Position numbers and translations under genes: made by a program. Below the pieces are notes generated by a model. The model ran no database searches and was not told the origin of the DNA. It was given only the letters and a program-made list of their open reading frames with translations. Positions 38,547 through 46,560 of a DNA stretch of 64,000 bases are shown piece by piece (the stretch's first letter is position 1; the number at the start of each line of letters is the position of its first letter). Source of the DNA: Owenweeksia sp. (GTDB taxonomy: Bacteria > Bacteroidota > Bacteroidia > Flavobacteriales > Schleiferiaceae); the NCBI GenBank assembly GCA_965229445.1, contig OZ245876.1, positions 2,128,099 to 2,192,098 on the forward strand, given 5' to 3'.

Positions 38547-38762
38547 ATAAGCTTTGCTGCACTAGCAAGTACTATTTATCGAAATTCAGAATGTCTTTTA
38601 AGATGGACATTGGGGTTGATAGTCCGAGTCGATTTCTGCTTGAGGCAAGGAAGTATTATCTGTAAATGGACTATCATTTGATCGCAACTTGTGCTAGTCA
38701 AAAATGCGCTCCTGCCATGGCGCATTGGGATCAGGTCCACCAATAAATATCTGGAAGGGTAC

Positions 38763-40460
38763 CTAAATCAATTCTCCAGCATTGTAGGTCTTAACGGCAA
38801 AGTCTACCGCTCTGGCCGTAAGAGCCATATACGTGATGGAAGGGTTCTGGCATCCGGAGGAAGTCATGCAACTACCGTCGGTAACAAACAAATTCGGAAT
38901 GCCATGAACTTGATTTAACCCATTGAGCACGGAGCTGTTTGGATCTCGTCCCATTCTGGCGGTTCCCATTTCATGCACTGCGGAGCCGGGAGGTTTCTCA
39001 TAATCAAAGGAATCAATCACCTTAAAACCACATTTCTCAAGCATTTCAGCAGCGGATTCTTTCATATCCTTGCGCATGGCGGCTTCATTTTCACCATACT
39101 TAAAGCTGATGTTGATGATGGGCATCCCCCATTCATCCACCTCGTTTTTGTCCAGAGTTACCCGATTATCCTCATAGGGTAGCGTTTCCCCAAAACCGCT
39201 AATTCTCAATCGCCATGGCCCAGGAGCCAGTAAATTATTCTTGAATTCTTCACCAAAGCCTTGGTCGTAAATCTTATCATTCCAATTCTTTCGTTCTCCC
39301 CTTCCCTGATAGCCATATCCCCTTACAAAATCCTTAGTTTGCTCTCCATTTTTAAGGTTTCTGAACCTGGGCAGATATATCGATCCTGGCGTACGGCCAC
39401 TATAATATCGATCTTTGAGAATATCTAACTCTCCTTCTGCACCTGCGGTCGTAAAATGGTCCATTAAGTTTCTACCTAGTTGTCCTGAGTTATTTCCCAG
39501 ACCGTCAGGGTGAGCTTTGGTTTTTGAATTCAATAATATGGCTGCGGTATTTATGGTTGATGCATTCAGGAAAATGATTTCTGCGAAATATTCAGTTGCC
39601 TCTTTGGTGATGGCATCGGTTACCCTTACTCCAATTGCCTTTTGATCATCATCAGACATAATCACTTCGGTAACCACAGAAAATGGTCTCACCGAAAGCT
39701 TACCTGTAGATTCCGCAGCCGGAAGTGTGGATGTTACCGAACAGAAATATCCTTTAAATGGACAGCCCCGGGTACACATATTTCGAAATTGACAAGGCCC
39801 TCTGCCATGAGTTTCAACGGTGAGATTTGCGGTGCGAGCAGGGGTAATAATGCGATCGTCATAATTGGTTCTAAGCTGTTCCGAGAAATACTCCTCGATG
39901 GCATTAAATCCGATTTCGGGTAAAAACTCTCCATCAGGCAGATGGGGCAAGCCCTCCTTTCTACCACTAATGCCAACAAACTTCTCCACATAACTATACC
40001 AGGGAGCAATATCCTTATACCTGATGGGCCAATCAACACCAATACCTTCTTTGAGGTTTGCTTCAAAATCAAGATCACTCAGTCGATAACAATTCCTGCC
40101 CCAGGTTAAGGATCTTCCTCCCAATTGATATCCTCTAATCCAACTAAAGGGATCTAACTCTTTATATGGGTGTTCGTCCTTATCAAGTACAAAATGTGCC
40201 TTGGCTGGCTTGTCAATAATCGCTTTTATAGGGTTTTGATCTCCAGAGAGTTTGGATAACTCAAGGGCATAGGCAAAATCCCAGGGATTCAGGAAGGCCG
40301 TTGGATAATCCTTAATATGCTCAATATTTCTGCCCCGCTCCAATACCAGAGTCTTTAAACCTTTCTCGGTAAGTTCCTTCGCAGCCCAACCGCCACTAAT
40401 TCCAGAACCAACCACAATGGCGTCATAGGTATGACTATCCTTTCCTGTTTTTTTAGCCAT
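38763..40460 (-). CDS. GMC-family FAD oxidoreductase (gluconate 2-dehydrogenase flavoprotein-like)
   Basis: N-terminal YDAIVVGSGISGGWAAKEL dinucleotide fold, 565 aa. The C-terminal HEMGTARMG...NLFVTDGS motifs are typical of GMC enzymes. Confidence 0.85.
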   Translation of the reverse strand: MAKKTGKDSHTYDAIVVGSGISGGWAAKELTEKGLKTLVLERGRNIEHIKDYPTAFLNPWDFAYALELSKLSGDQNPIKAIIDKPAKAHFVLDKDEHPYKELDPFSWIRGYQLGGRSLTWGRNCYRLSDLDFEANLKEGIGVDWPIRYKDIAPWYSYVEKFVGISGRKEGLPHLPDGEFLPEIGFNAIEEYFSEQLRTNYDDRIITPARTANLTVETHGRGPCQFRNMCTRGCPFKGYFCSVTSTLPAAESTGKLSVRPFSVVTEVIMSDDDQKAIGVRVTDAITKEATEYFAEIIFLNASTINTAAILLNSKTKAHPDGLGNNSGQLGRNLMDHFTTAGAEGELDILKDRYYSGRTPGSIYLPRFRNLKNGEQTKDFVRGYGYQGRGERKNWNDKIYDQGFGEEFKNNLLAPGPWRLRISGFGETLPYEDNRVTLDKNEVDEWGMPIINISFKYGENEAAMRKDMKESAAEMLEKCGFKVIDSFDYEKPPGSAVHEMGTARMGRDPNSSVLNGLNQVHGIPNLFVTDGSCMTSSGCQNPSITYMALTARAVDFAVKTYNAGELI

Positions 40461-40469
40461 GGTTTAATA

Positions 40470-41042
40470 TTATGATAGTACCCATGAAGTTTGCCCCTCT
40501 TTCATCGGAATATTAGGGTGATAAGCTCCGGGTATAGCTTCATAGTTAAATGCTTGTGTAGCCCCCACTCTTGAAAAAGCAAATCCTGCGCAGACCATAA
40601 ACTTCAATGTCCGGATAAAGGGCTTACCCATAAATTTATCCTGAATCTTAAGATAGATCCTATTGCTGGGGCCGGCGTCCTCAAAATCTGCTAAAACAAG
40701 CTCTCGTTCAGCTTGACTGCAATCTTGGAATCTCCGGCCGTAAGCCGATTGGGAAAGTTTTTTCACATCCTCCATCCCATCCAAAAATCGGTTGACATCC
40801 TTATGAGGCAGAAAGTCTTTGAGCATCTTAATCATAAACTCATCAACTCCAGCCTTGAGAGCACCGGGTGAGTTGGTTTCCGGAATTACTGTTTCTGCCA
40901 AATAGGCCAAAAACTCCCGCTCTTCTTCGATAGACCCTAAGCCCGGTTTCTTTTGGAGATCATACCAGGTGAAACCGGTATAACCAACTGCCCCGGTCAC
41001 GCCAGCGGCAAGCAATCCCTTAATTAATGTTCTCCGTTTCAT
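40470..41042 (-). CDS. Gluconate 2-dehydrogenase subunit 3-like small Tat-signal subunit
   Basis: MKRRTLIKGLLAAGVTGAVG twin-arginine-like signal. About 190 aa, 9 nt upstream of the GMC gene. ATG 41042 preferred over the track start. Confidence 0.7.
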   Translation of the reverse strand: MKRRTLIKGLLAAGVTGAVGYTGFTWYDLQKKPGLGSIEEEREFLAYLAETVIPETNSPGALKAGVDEFMIKMLKDFLPHKDVNRFLDGMEDVKKLSQSAYGRRFQDCSQAERELVLADFEDAGPSNRIYLKIQDKFMGKPFIRTLKFMVCAGFAFSRVGATQAFNYEAIPGAYHPNIPMKEGQTSWVLS

Positions 41043-41236
41043 GCAGCAGATTAAATTTCTGTACAACAGCTAAAAGTAAAAAAAATGCTGCTCGAGAATC
41101 TCTAATTTGGTTAAAGCGCAAGAATAGTCGAGCATATTATGATCTTCATTCATATAACCGAGAATCTAAGACAGCATAAAGAGGAAATCCGGGCAACTTC
41201 AACCAGGTAGTTACCTTTATCCAAAATTTGATTCAT

Positions 41237-41734
41237 ATGAAAGGTTTTTTTGCTCTGATCTTATCGATTCTAGCCTTGATCATTCTCAGCCAATGTACTA
41301 GCGCCAGCGACTCACCAAGTGACCCTACGTCCAGCAATGAAGCTAGCGAGAAGCGGAAGGTTGAGAAACCTGGCATCAATCAAAATGAGGCAGCATCTAG
41401 TGCGCGTGAGATTCCTGAGCTGCCACAATTCAAGCTTTCAGAATCCATCAATCAGGATCTTGTCGCTGCCGGTAAAACGGTGTTTGACTCAAAATGTACC
41501 ATGTGCCATAAAACAGATGCGGCTTTTATTGGTCCTTCACCTCAAGGTGTTCTGCAAAGAAGGAGTCCGGATTGGATCATGAAACTAATTATGTATCCAG
41601 ATTTAATGCGCGAACAAGATTCCGTTGCCAAGAGATTGGTAGATGAATACAATGGTGCGATTATGCCCAATCAGAATGTAAGCTTTGAAGAGGCCAGGTC
41701 TATTCTCGAATATTTTAGAACGTTGGAAGCATAG
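41237..41734 (+). CDS. Monohaem c-type cytochrome lipoprotein
   Basis: Lipobox LSQC after a hydrophobic signal, a single CTMCH haem motif and a distal Met (GAIMPNQ). Divergent from the GMC operon. Confidence 0.75.
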   Translation: MKGFFALILSILALIILSQCTSASDSPSDPTSSNEASEKRKVEKPGINQNEAASSAREIPELPQFKLSESINQDLVAAGKTVFDSKCTMCHKTDAAFIGPSPQGVLQRRSPDWIMKLIMYPDLMREQDSVAKRLVDEYNGAIMPNQNVSFEEARSILEYFRTLEA

Positions 41735-41893
41735 CTTCTTCCAAATCATTGAGCAGCATGCTAATCTCCACAAACCAACTTCCTCAGGTTATTTGACTTC
41801 CGTGCTAAAGCATTCTATTACTGGTGAATAAAGCTAATATGTTCGGATTACCAACTAATGCCTGCACCAGGTTGGTCCTTTAATATCAATGCT

Positions 41894-42023
41894 CTCGCTT
41901 GAAGGCAAGTCTTCAGACTCGGAGGACGGGATTACCTCTCCCGCTAAGGCGGGATCAGTGATCCCTGGAGGGGTAACAACAAACATCACAAACCTCATGG
42001 CTGACGCCATGTTGCTTTTTTTT
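41894..42023 (+). ncRNA. Candidate structured small RNA, unit 1 (ends in hairpin + U8)
   Basis: Two 5' hairpins, then a 10-bp stem (UUACCUCUCC/GGAGGGGUAA) enclosing two small hairpins, then a CA-rich single strand, then CAUGGC-ugac-GCCAUG followed by UUGCU8. Plus-strand specific. Confidence 0.35.
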
Positions 42024-42032
42024 GTTGGTTCC

Positions 42033-42162
42033 CTCACTTGAATGCAAGTCTTCAGACTCAGAGGACGGGATTACCTCTCCCGCTAAGGCGGGATCGGTGA
42101 TCCCTGGAGGGGTAACAACAAACATCACAAACCCCATGGCTGACGCCATGTTGCTTTTTTTT
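42033..42162 (+). ncRNA. Candidate structured small RNA, unit 2 (ends in hairpin + U8)
   Basis: Same architecture as unit 1. Differences fall in loops or convert A-U to G-U pairs. Confidence 0.35.
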
Positions 42163-42213
42163 AGTTGGTTCATCCTCACTTGAATGCAAGCATTCAGACT
42201 CGGCTGATCCTAC

Positions 42214-42240
42214 AAAAAAAACCCCGCTATTCGCGGGGTT
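42214..42240 (-). terminator. Rho-independent terminator after tRNA-Ser
   Basis: Minus strand reads AACCCCGC-gaau-AGCGGGGUU followed by U8. Confidence 0.75.
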
Positions 42241-42249
42241 TGTGATGTT

Positions 42250-42339
42250 TGGCGGTGAGAGCGGGATTCGAACCCGCGGTACGATTGCTCGTACGGCAGT
42301 TTAGCAAACTACTGGTTTAAGCCACTCACCCATCTCACC
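42250..42339 (-). tRNA. tRNA-Ser (anticodon GCT), CCA encoded
   Basis: Acceptor GGTGAGA/TCTCACC, anticodon arm GTAGT-TTGCTAA-ACTGC, long variable arm, T arm GCGGG-TTCGAAT-CCCGC, 3' GCCA. Confidence 0.9.
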
Positions 42340-42404
42340 AAAATTTATCCCAATCAGGCTTTCAGGGCAGATTCTATACTTTCCTGCTCACCATAACGGG
42401 GCTG

Positions 42405-42412
42405 CAAATTTA
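42405..42412 (-). promoter_or_regulatory. -7 box TAAATTTG within ATTTGCAGCCCC (tRNA-Ser promoter candidate)
   Basis: Minus strand reads TAACTAAATTTGCAGCCCC, about 65 nt upstream of the mature tRNA 5' end. Confidence 0.5.
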
Positions 42413-43188
42413 GTTAAACATCAATTCTGCACAAGTAAAATTCAATATAGCTTCATTCATCTTGAAAGTATTCATTAATTCACAAATCAAATCCGGCTTT
42501 TAAAACTAACTAACCCATAATTCCCATAAATACTATTTCACCAGCATTCCTCATTAACAAATTACCTCAATCAAACAAACTTGAATATTATTATATTGAT
42601 TTTCAGAATATTACACTGGTTTATTTGCCTGATATATGCCTCATTCACAGAAATTTCTATAAATATCTTCAGATTGGAATTTTAGTGGGTAGCTTCAAAA
42701 TACAGCGTTTAAAGAGTCACCGATGATTCCACTACATCAAAAAATCAAACTTTCTACTTAAGGATAGCATTACCAGCTTCTAACATTGTTAATAAATCTT
42801 GATAATTCCAATTAATGGAAAGTGTCAATTGATGCTAATTATCAGAATCTGAAGCGCAAAGATTTGGGATTTGTAATCCGCTTCTTACATCATTAGCCCT
42901 TTGTAGAACAAGGGATTACCTCACTCACTAGCATTCATCCATTATATTTGTCTCCGTCGGGTGAAAGCCTGATCATTTGAACAAGCATTTAGAAAACTCT
43001 ACTCGATTCGGTCTTGATTCCACATCTGGGAATCACATTTACGCGACCATGATCGAGGACTATGCAGCTCGTCAGAGCTAAAATTGATTGAAGAGGATAT
43101 CCAGGGTGATATCCAGTTAGGAAACGTGTGGATGAATTCCTGAGATAGGTAGCACACTTATTTCAGGATGCAGCAAAACTGAAAGGTC

Positions 43189-46100
43189 ATGAAACAAGTG
43201 TTAAGAATAATTCTGTTGGTTGGCAGTATTCTCCCCTTATCATCGGTAGCACATACTTATGGTAACAAGAACTCAATTGTAACCAAGAAAACGGATCCCG
43301 AGGTAGTCGCCACCTTGTCGGATAGAGATGCCATTCCCCTGGCCTTTCGTGCGGAACGCATGTATTGTTATGTGGCGGATAATCATAAGATCTACCAACT
43401 TCGCGGTGGTGTAACCAATGCCCATTGGGTAGAATTGGATATCGCCAGCAGCATGAAAATTCAGGGTCCTGCGGGGAGTCTGCCTTATATTGATCCTACT
43501 GGATTGCTGGCCACCGATCTGAGATATTTGGGTAAAGCCAAGTATGATTTCTCCGGCGCCAATATTCTGGGGAGCGGACAGTATGTCAACGTAAATGGTA
43601 TCGGTAACACGGTCAATGATCGTTCACACAATTCTCTCAACGCTTATAACTCCTACTCCGATGGCAATTATGTGCTAATGGTAGGTGAGCGCGATAGTGC
43701 CTTGGGACATTCGGGAGTAATTCTGGGTAGTGATATTAGCCTAAGAGCCAATCATCAGTTTGCCGCCGGTAAAGGATTGGTTGCCCAAACGGCCGGTGAA
43801 ATACTTTTTGGTCAGTATAACCAGTATGCTGGCTCTAGCAGTAACCAGTGGTTGGGTTCAGACAAACTGCTTACACTTGGAAACGGAACGGGGATGAATA
43901 ATCGCAGCAATGCCCTGGTTATCTATAAGAATGGTGATGCCGTATTCAGTGGTGATGTTTCGGCTGCTAACCTATATAGCAAACTACAGGTTGATAGTAT
44001 GTTTGTCGTGAACGGCGGTGGTGGCGGTACCGGAGTGGTTCAATCACTCAACCTTAGCGGTACAGCACTGACCATTACGGGCAGCAACACGGTAAATTTC
44101 TCTGGTTGGGATACCGATGCTTCGGATGATTTTTCGGGAGACTACAATGACCTTATTAATGCGCCAGCTGCTTTCAGCGGTAGCTATAACGATCTTACGA
44201 ATAAGCCGGCCTTATTTAGTGGGAATTACAACGACCTCACCAATAAACCGAACTTTGCCGGTTGGGATACCGATGCCTCAGATGATTTTTCCGGTGATTA
44301 CAATGACCTTATTAATGTTCCGGTTGCCTTTAGCGGAAACTATAATGACCTTACTAATAAGCCGGCTCTTTTTAGCGGTGATTACAATGACCTCGTCAAT
44401 AAACCGAGCTTTGCCGGCTGGGATACCGATGCCTCAGACGATTTTAACGGCGATTACAATGCCCTAACCAATAAGCCGACTCTTTTTAGTGGGGATTACA
44501 ATGACCTCAACAACAAACCGAGCTTTGCCGGTTGGGATACCGATGCCTCTGACGATTTTAATGGCGATTACAATGCCCTGACCAATAAACCCGATTTTTC
44601 GGGCTGGGATACAGATGCATCCGACGATTTTTCGGGAGACTATAATGACCTTAACAATCTCCCTGACATCTATGTGAAATCACAGGTAGACAGCGCCATA
44701 ATTGCGGGAGTAAATGGCAGTGCTATTCAAAACCTGAATCTAAATGGCACCAACTTGAACATTAGTGGTGGAAATACGGTAAACTTTTTAGGATGGGATA
44801 CCGATGCCTCGGATGATTTTTCTGGTGATTATACTGATTTGGTTAACACGCCTACCCTCTTCTCTGGGAGCTACAATGATCTTACCAACAAGCCCAACCT
44901 CTTTAGTGGCGATTACAATGACCTCAACAACAGACCGAGCTTTAATGGTTGGGATAAAAATGCCGCCGATGACTTCTCTGGTGATTATATGGATCTGATT
45001 AACCGGCCCAATTTTATTGGCTGGGATACGGATGCTTCTGATGATTTTAGCGGAGATTACAACGATCTGATAAATCAACCCGCACTGTTTAGCGGTAGCT
45101 ACAATGACCTGAGCAATAAGCCTAGTTTTGTTGGTTGGGATACCGATGCTTCTGACGATTTTAATGGCGATTACAATGCGCTCACCAATTTGCCAGACTT
45201 TACAGGCTGGGATACCGATGCTTCGGATGACTTTAACGGGGATTACAACAACCTTACTAACCAGCCAAATTTTACCGGCTGGGATATGGATGCCTCAGAT
45301 GATTTTAGCGGCGACTACAATGCCCTCACCAATAAGCCTAATTTATTTAGTGGCGATTATAATGACCTGAGCAACAAGCCATCTGTGTATTCCAAACTTC
45401 AGGTTGACAGTATGTTTGTGGTGAATGGCGGCGGCGGTGGCGGCACCGTGCAAAACCTTAACCTGGCCGGTAGTCAACTTACCATTACTGGAGGAAATAC
45501 CGTTAATTTCTCCGGTTGGGATACCGACGCTTCCGACGATTTCTCTGGTGACTACAACGATCTCTCTAATACCCCTGCACTCTTTAGTGGTAGCTATGCA
45601 GATCTTACCAATAAACCAAGTTTTGCTGGATGGGATACGGACGCTTCAGATGATTTTAGTGGCGATTTTAATGATTTGAGCAATCTACCCAACTTTGCCG
45701 CCTGGGATCAAAATGCGGCGGATGATTTTAGCGGGGATTATGCTGACCTTACGAACACACCGACTCTATTTTCCGGAAACTATAATGACTTGACCAATAA
45801 GCCCAAATTGTTTGACGGTGATTACAACAAGCTTCTAAACAAGCCCACCTTTAGTGGCTGGGATACGGATGCTTCCGATGATTTTAGCGGAGATTACAAT
45901 GATCTGGTCAACCTGCCGAATCTGTATAATAAAAATCAGGTGGACAGCGCCATTGCCGCTAATGCCGGATCAGGAGGATTGTCTCAAAACCTCAATCTTG
46001 CAGGTTCCACTTTGAGTATCACCGGTGGAAACTCCGTTAATTTTGCCGGTTGGGATATGGATGCTTCCGATGACTTCTCTGGTGTTTACAGCGACTTAAA

Positions 46101-46551
46101 CAGCATACCAACTGATTTCGCAGATGGCAAGATATCGTGGAATGAGCTGGATGCCAAACCTCAATTGTACACTGCTGCTGAGGTGGATAGCATAAAACAA
46201 GGCTTGATCGACAGTCTGGAAAGTTATGTAGACAGTGCCGTAATTTCTCAAGCGCATGCCGAACTGACCAGCAATAGAAATCTTGCAAAACAGGATTGTG
46301 GAAAAACCGTTTATGTAAAAAGCTCAACAGCTATCTTAACCATACCAAATGGTGCTAACTTGCCTTTTAATAGCCATATCGAATTAAGAGACTTTGGTTC
46401 AGGTGCACTCATTCTTGATGCCTCGGCAGTTACCTTGCGCGATGCTGCAGGGGATGTCATATCCGGAAACACCTCCGCCATCGTTATAGAAGATGTGGCT
46501 ATTACTGCCATTGGAAATGATGAATTCAAAATAATTGGTTTATACCAATAA
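43189..46551 (+). CDS. Secreted fibre/adhesin-like protein with YadA-head-like N-domain and about 28 'phage tail repeat-like' G-x-Y-N-D-L-x-N-x-P motifs
   Basis: Signal peptide. The N-domain ends ...NNRSNALVIYKNGDAVFSGDVSA. It is followed by repeated GWDTDASDDF(S/N)GDYNDL.N.P and LFSG(S/N/D)YNDLTNKP units. Confidence 0.8.
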   Translation: MKQVLRIILLVGSILPLSSVAHTYGNKNSIVTKKTDPEVVATLSDRDAIPLAFRAERMYCYVADNHKIYQLRGGVTNAHWVELDIASSMKIQGPAGSLPYIDPTGLLATDLRYLGKAKYDFSGANILGSGQYVNVNGIGNTVNDRSHNSLNAYNSYSDGNYVLMVGERDSALGHSGVILGSDISLRANHQFAAGKGLVAQTAGEILFGQYNQYAGSSSNQWLGSDKLLTLGNGTGMNNRSNALVIYKNGDAVFSGDVSAANLYSKLQVDSMFVVNGGGGGTGVVQSLNLSGTALTITGSNTVNFSGWDTDASDDFSGDYNDLINAPAAFSGSYNDLTNKPALFSGNYNDLTNKPNFAGWDTDASDDFSGDYNDLINVPVAFSGNYNDLTNKPALFSGDYNDLVNKPSFAGWDTDASDDFNGDYNALTNKPTLFSGDYNDLNNKPSFAGWDTDASDDFNGDYNALTNKPDFSGWDTDASDDFSGDYNDLNNLPDIYVKSQVDSAIIAGVNGSAIQNLNLNGTNLNISGGNTVNFLGWDTDASDDFSGDYTDLVNTPTLFSGSYNDLTNKPNLFSGDYNDLNNRPSFNGWDKNAADDFSGDYMDLINRPNFIGWDTDASDDFSGDYNDLINQPALFSGSYNDLSNKPSFVGWDTDASDDFNGDYNALTNLPDFTGWDTDASDDFNGDYNNLTNQPNFTGWDMDASDDFSGDYNALTNKPNLFSGDYNDLSNKPSVYSKLQVDSMFVVNGGGGGGTVQNLNLAGSQLTITGGNTVNFSGWDTDASDDFSGDYNDLSNTPALFSGSYADLTNKPSFAGWDTDASDDFSGDFNDLSNLPNFAAWDQNAADDFSGDYADLTNTPTLFSGNYNDLTNKPKLFDGDYNKLLNKPTFSGWDTDASDDFSGDYNDLVNLPNLYNKNQVDSAIAANAGSGGLSQNLNLAGSTLSITGGNSVNFAGWDMDASDDFSGVYSDLNSIPTDFADGKISWNELDAKPQLYTAAEVDSIKQGLIDSLESYVDSAVISQAHAELTSNRNLAKQDCGKTVYVKSSTAILTIPNGANLPFNSHIELRDFGSGALILDASAVTLRDAAGDVISGNTSAIVIEDVAITAIGNDEFKIIGLYQ
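44100..46110 (+). repeat. Intragenic nucleotide/peptide repeat array (about 16 GWDTDASDDF units, about 28 YNDL-type motifs)
   Basis: ggttgggataccgatgc(t/c)tc.ga.gatttt recurs throughout. The motifs are organised in three super-blocks (10, 10 and 7 motifs) plus one terminal motif. Confidence 0.85.
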
Positions 46552-46560
46552 TCTGCAGCA

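Larger units (their letters stand above)
41894..42204 (+). repeat. Tandem repeat, 2.2 copies of a ~139-142-bp unit
   Basis: Units start at 41894, 42033 and 42175 (the last is partial). There are 5 mismatches in the first ~128 nt of copies 1 and 2 by hand count. Confidence 0.9.

Noticed and set aside
41855-42179. Two overlapping minus-strand ORFs (60 and 74 aa) with repeated KKSNMASAM.FVMFVVTPPGITDPALAGEV sequence
   Set aside because: They are artefacts of the tandem DNA repeat. The repeat period (139/142 nt) is not a consistent multiple of 3, so the frame changes between units. The region folds into terminator-ended hairpins on the opposite strand.
44117-45679. Several 64-116-aa alternative-frame ORFs inside the repeat-fibre gene
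   Set aside because: They are generated by the periodic DNA repeat within a long, continuous, motif-rich main frame, and there is no independent support for them.
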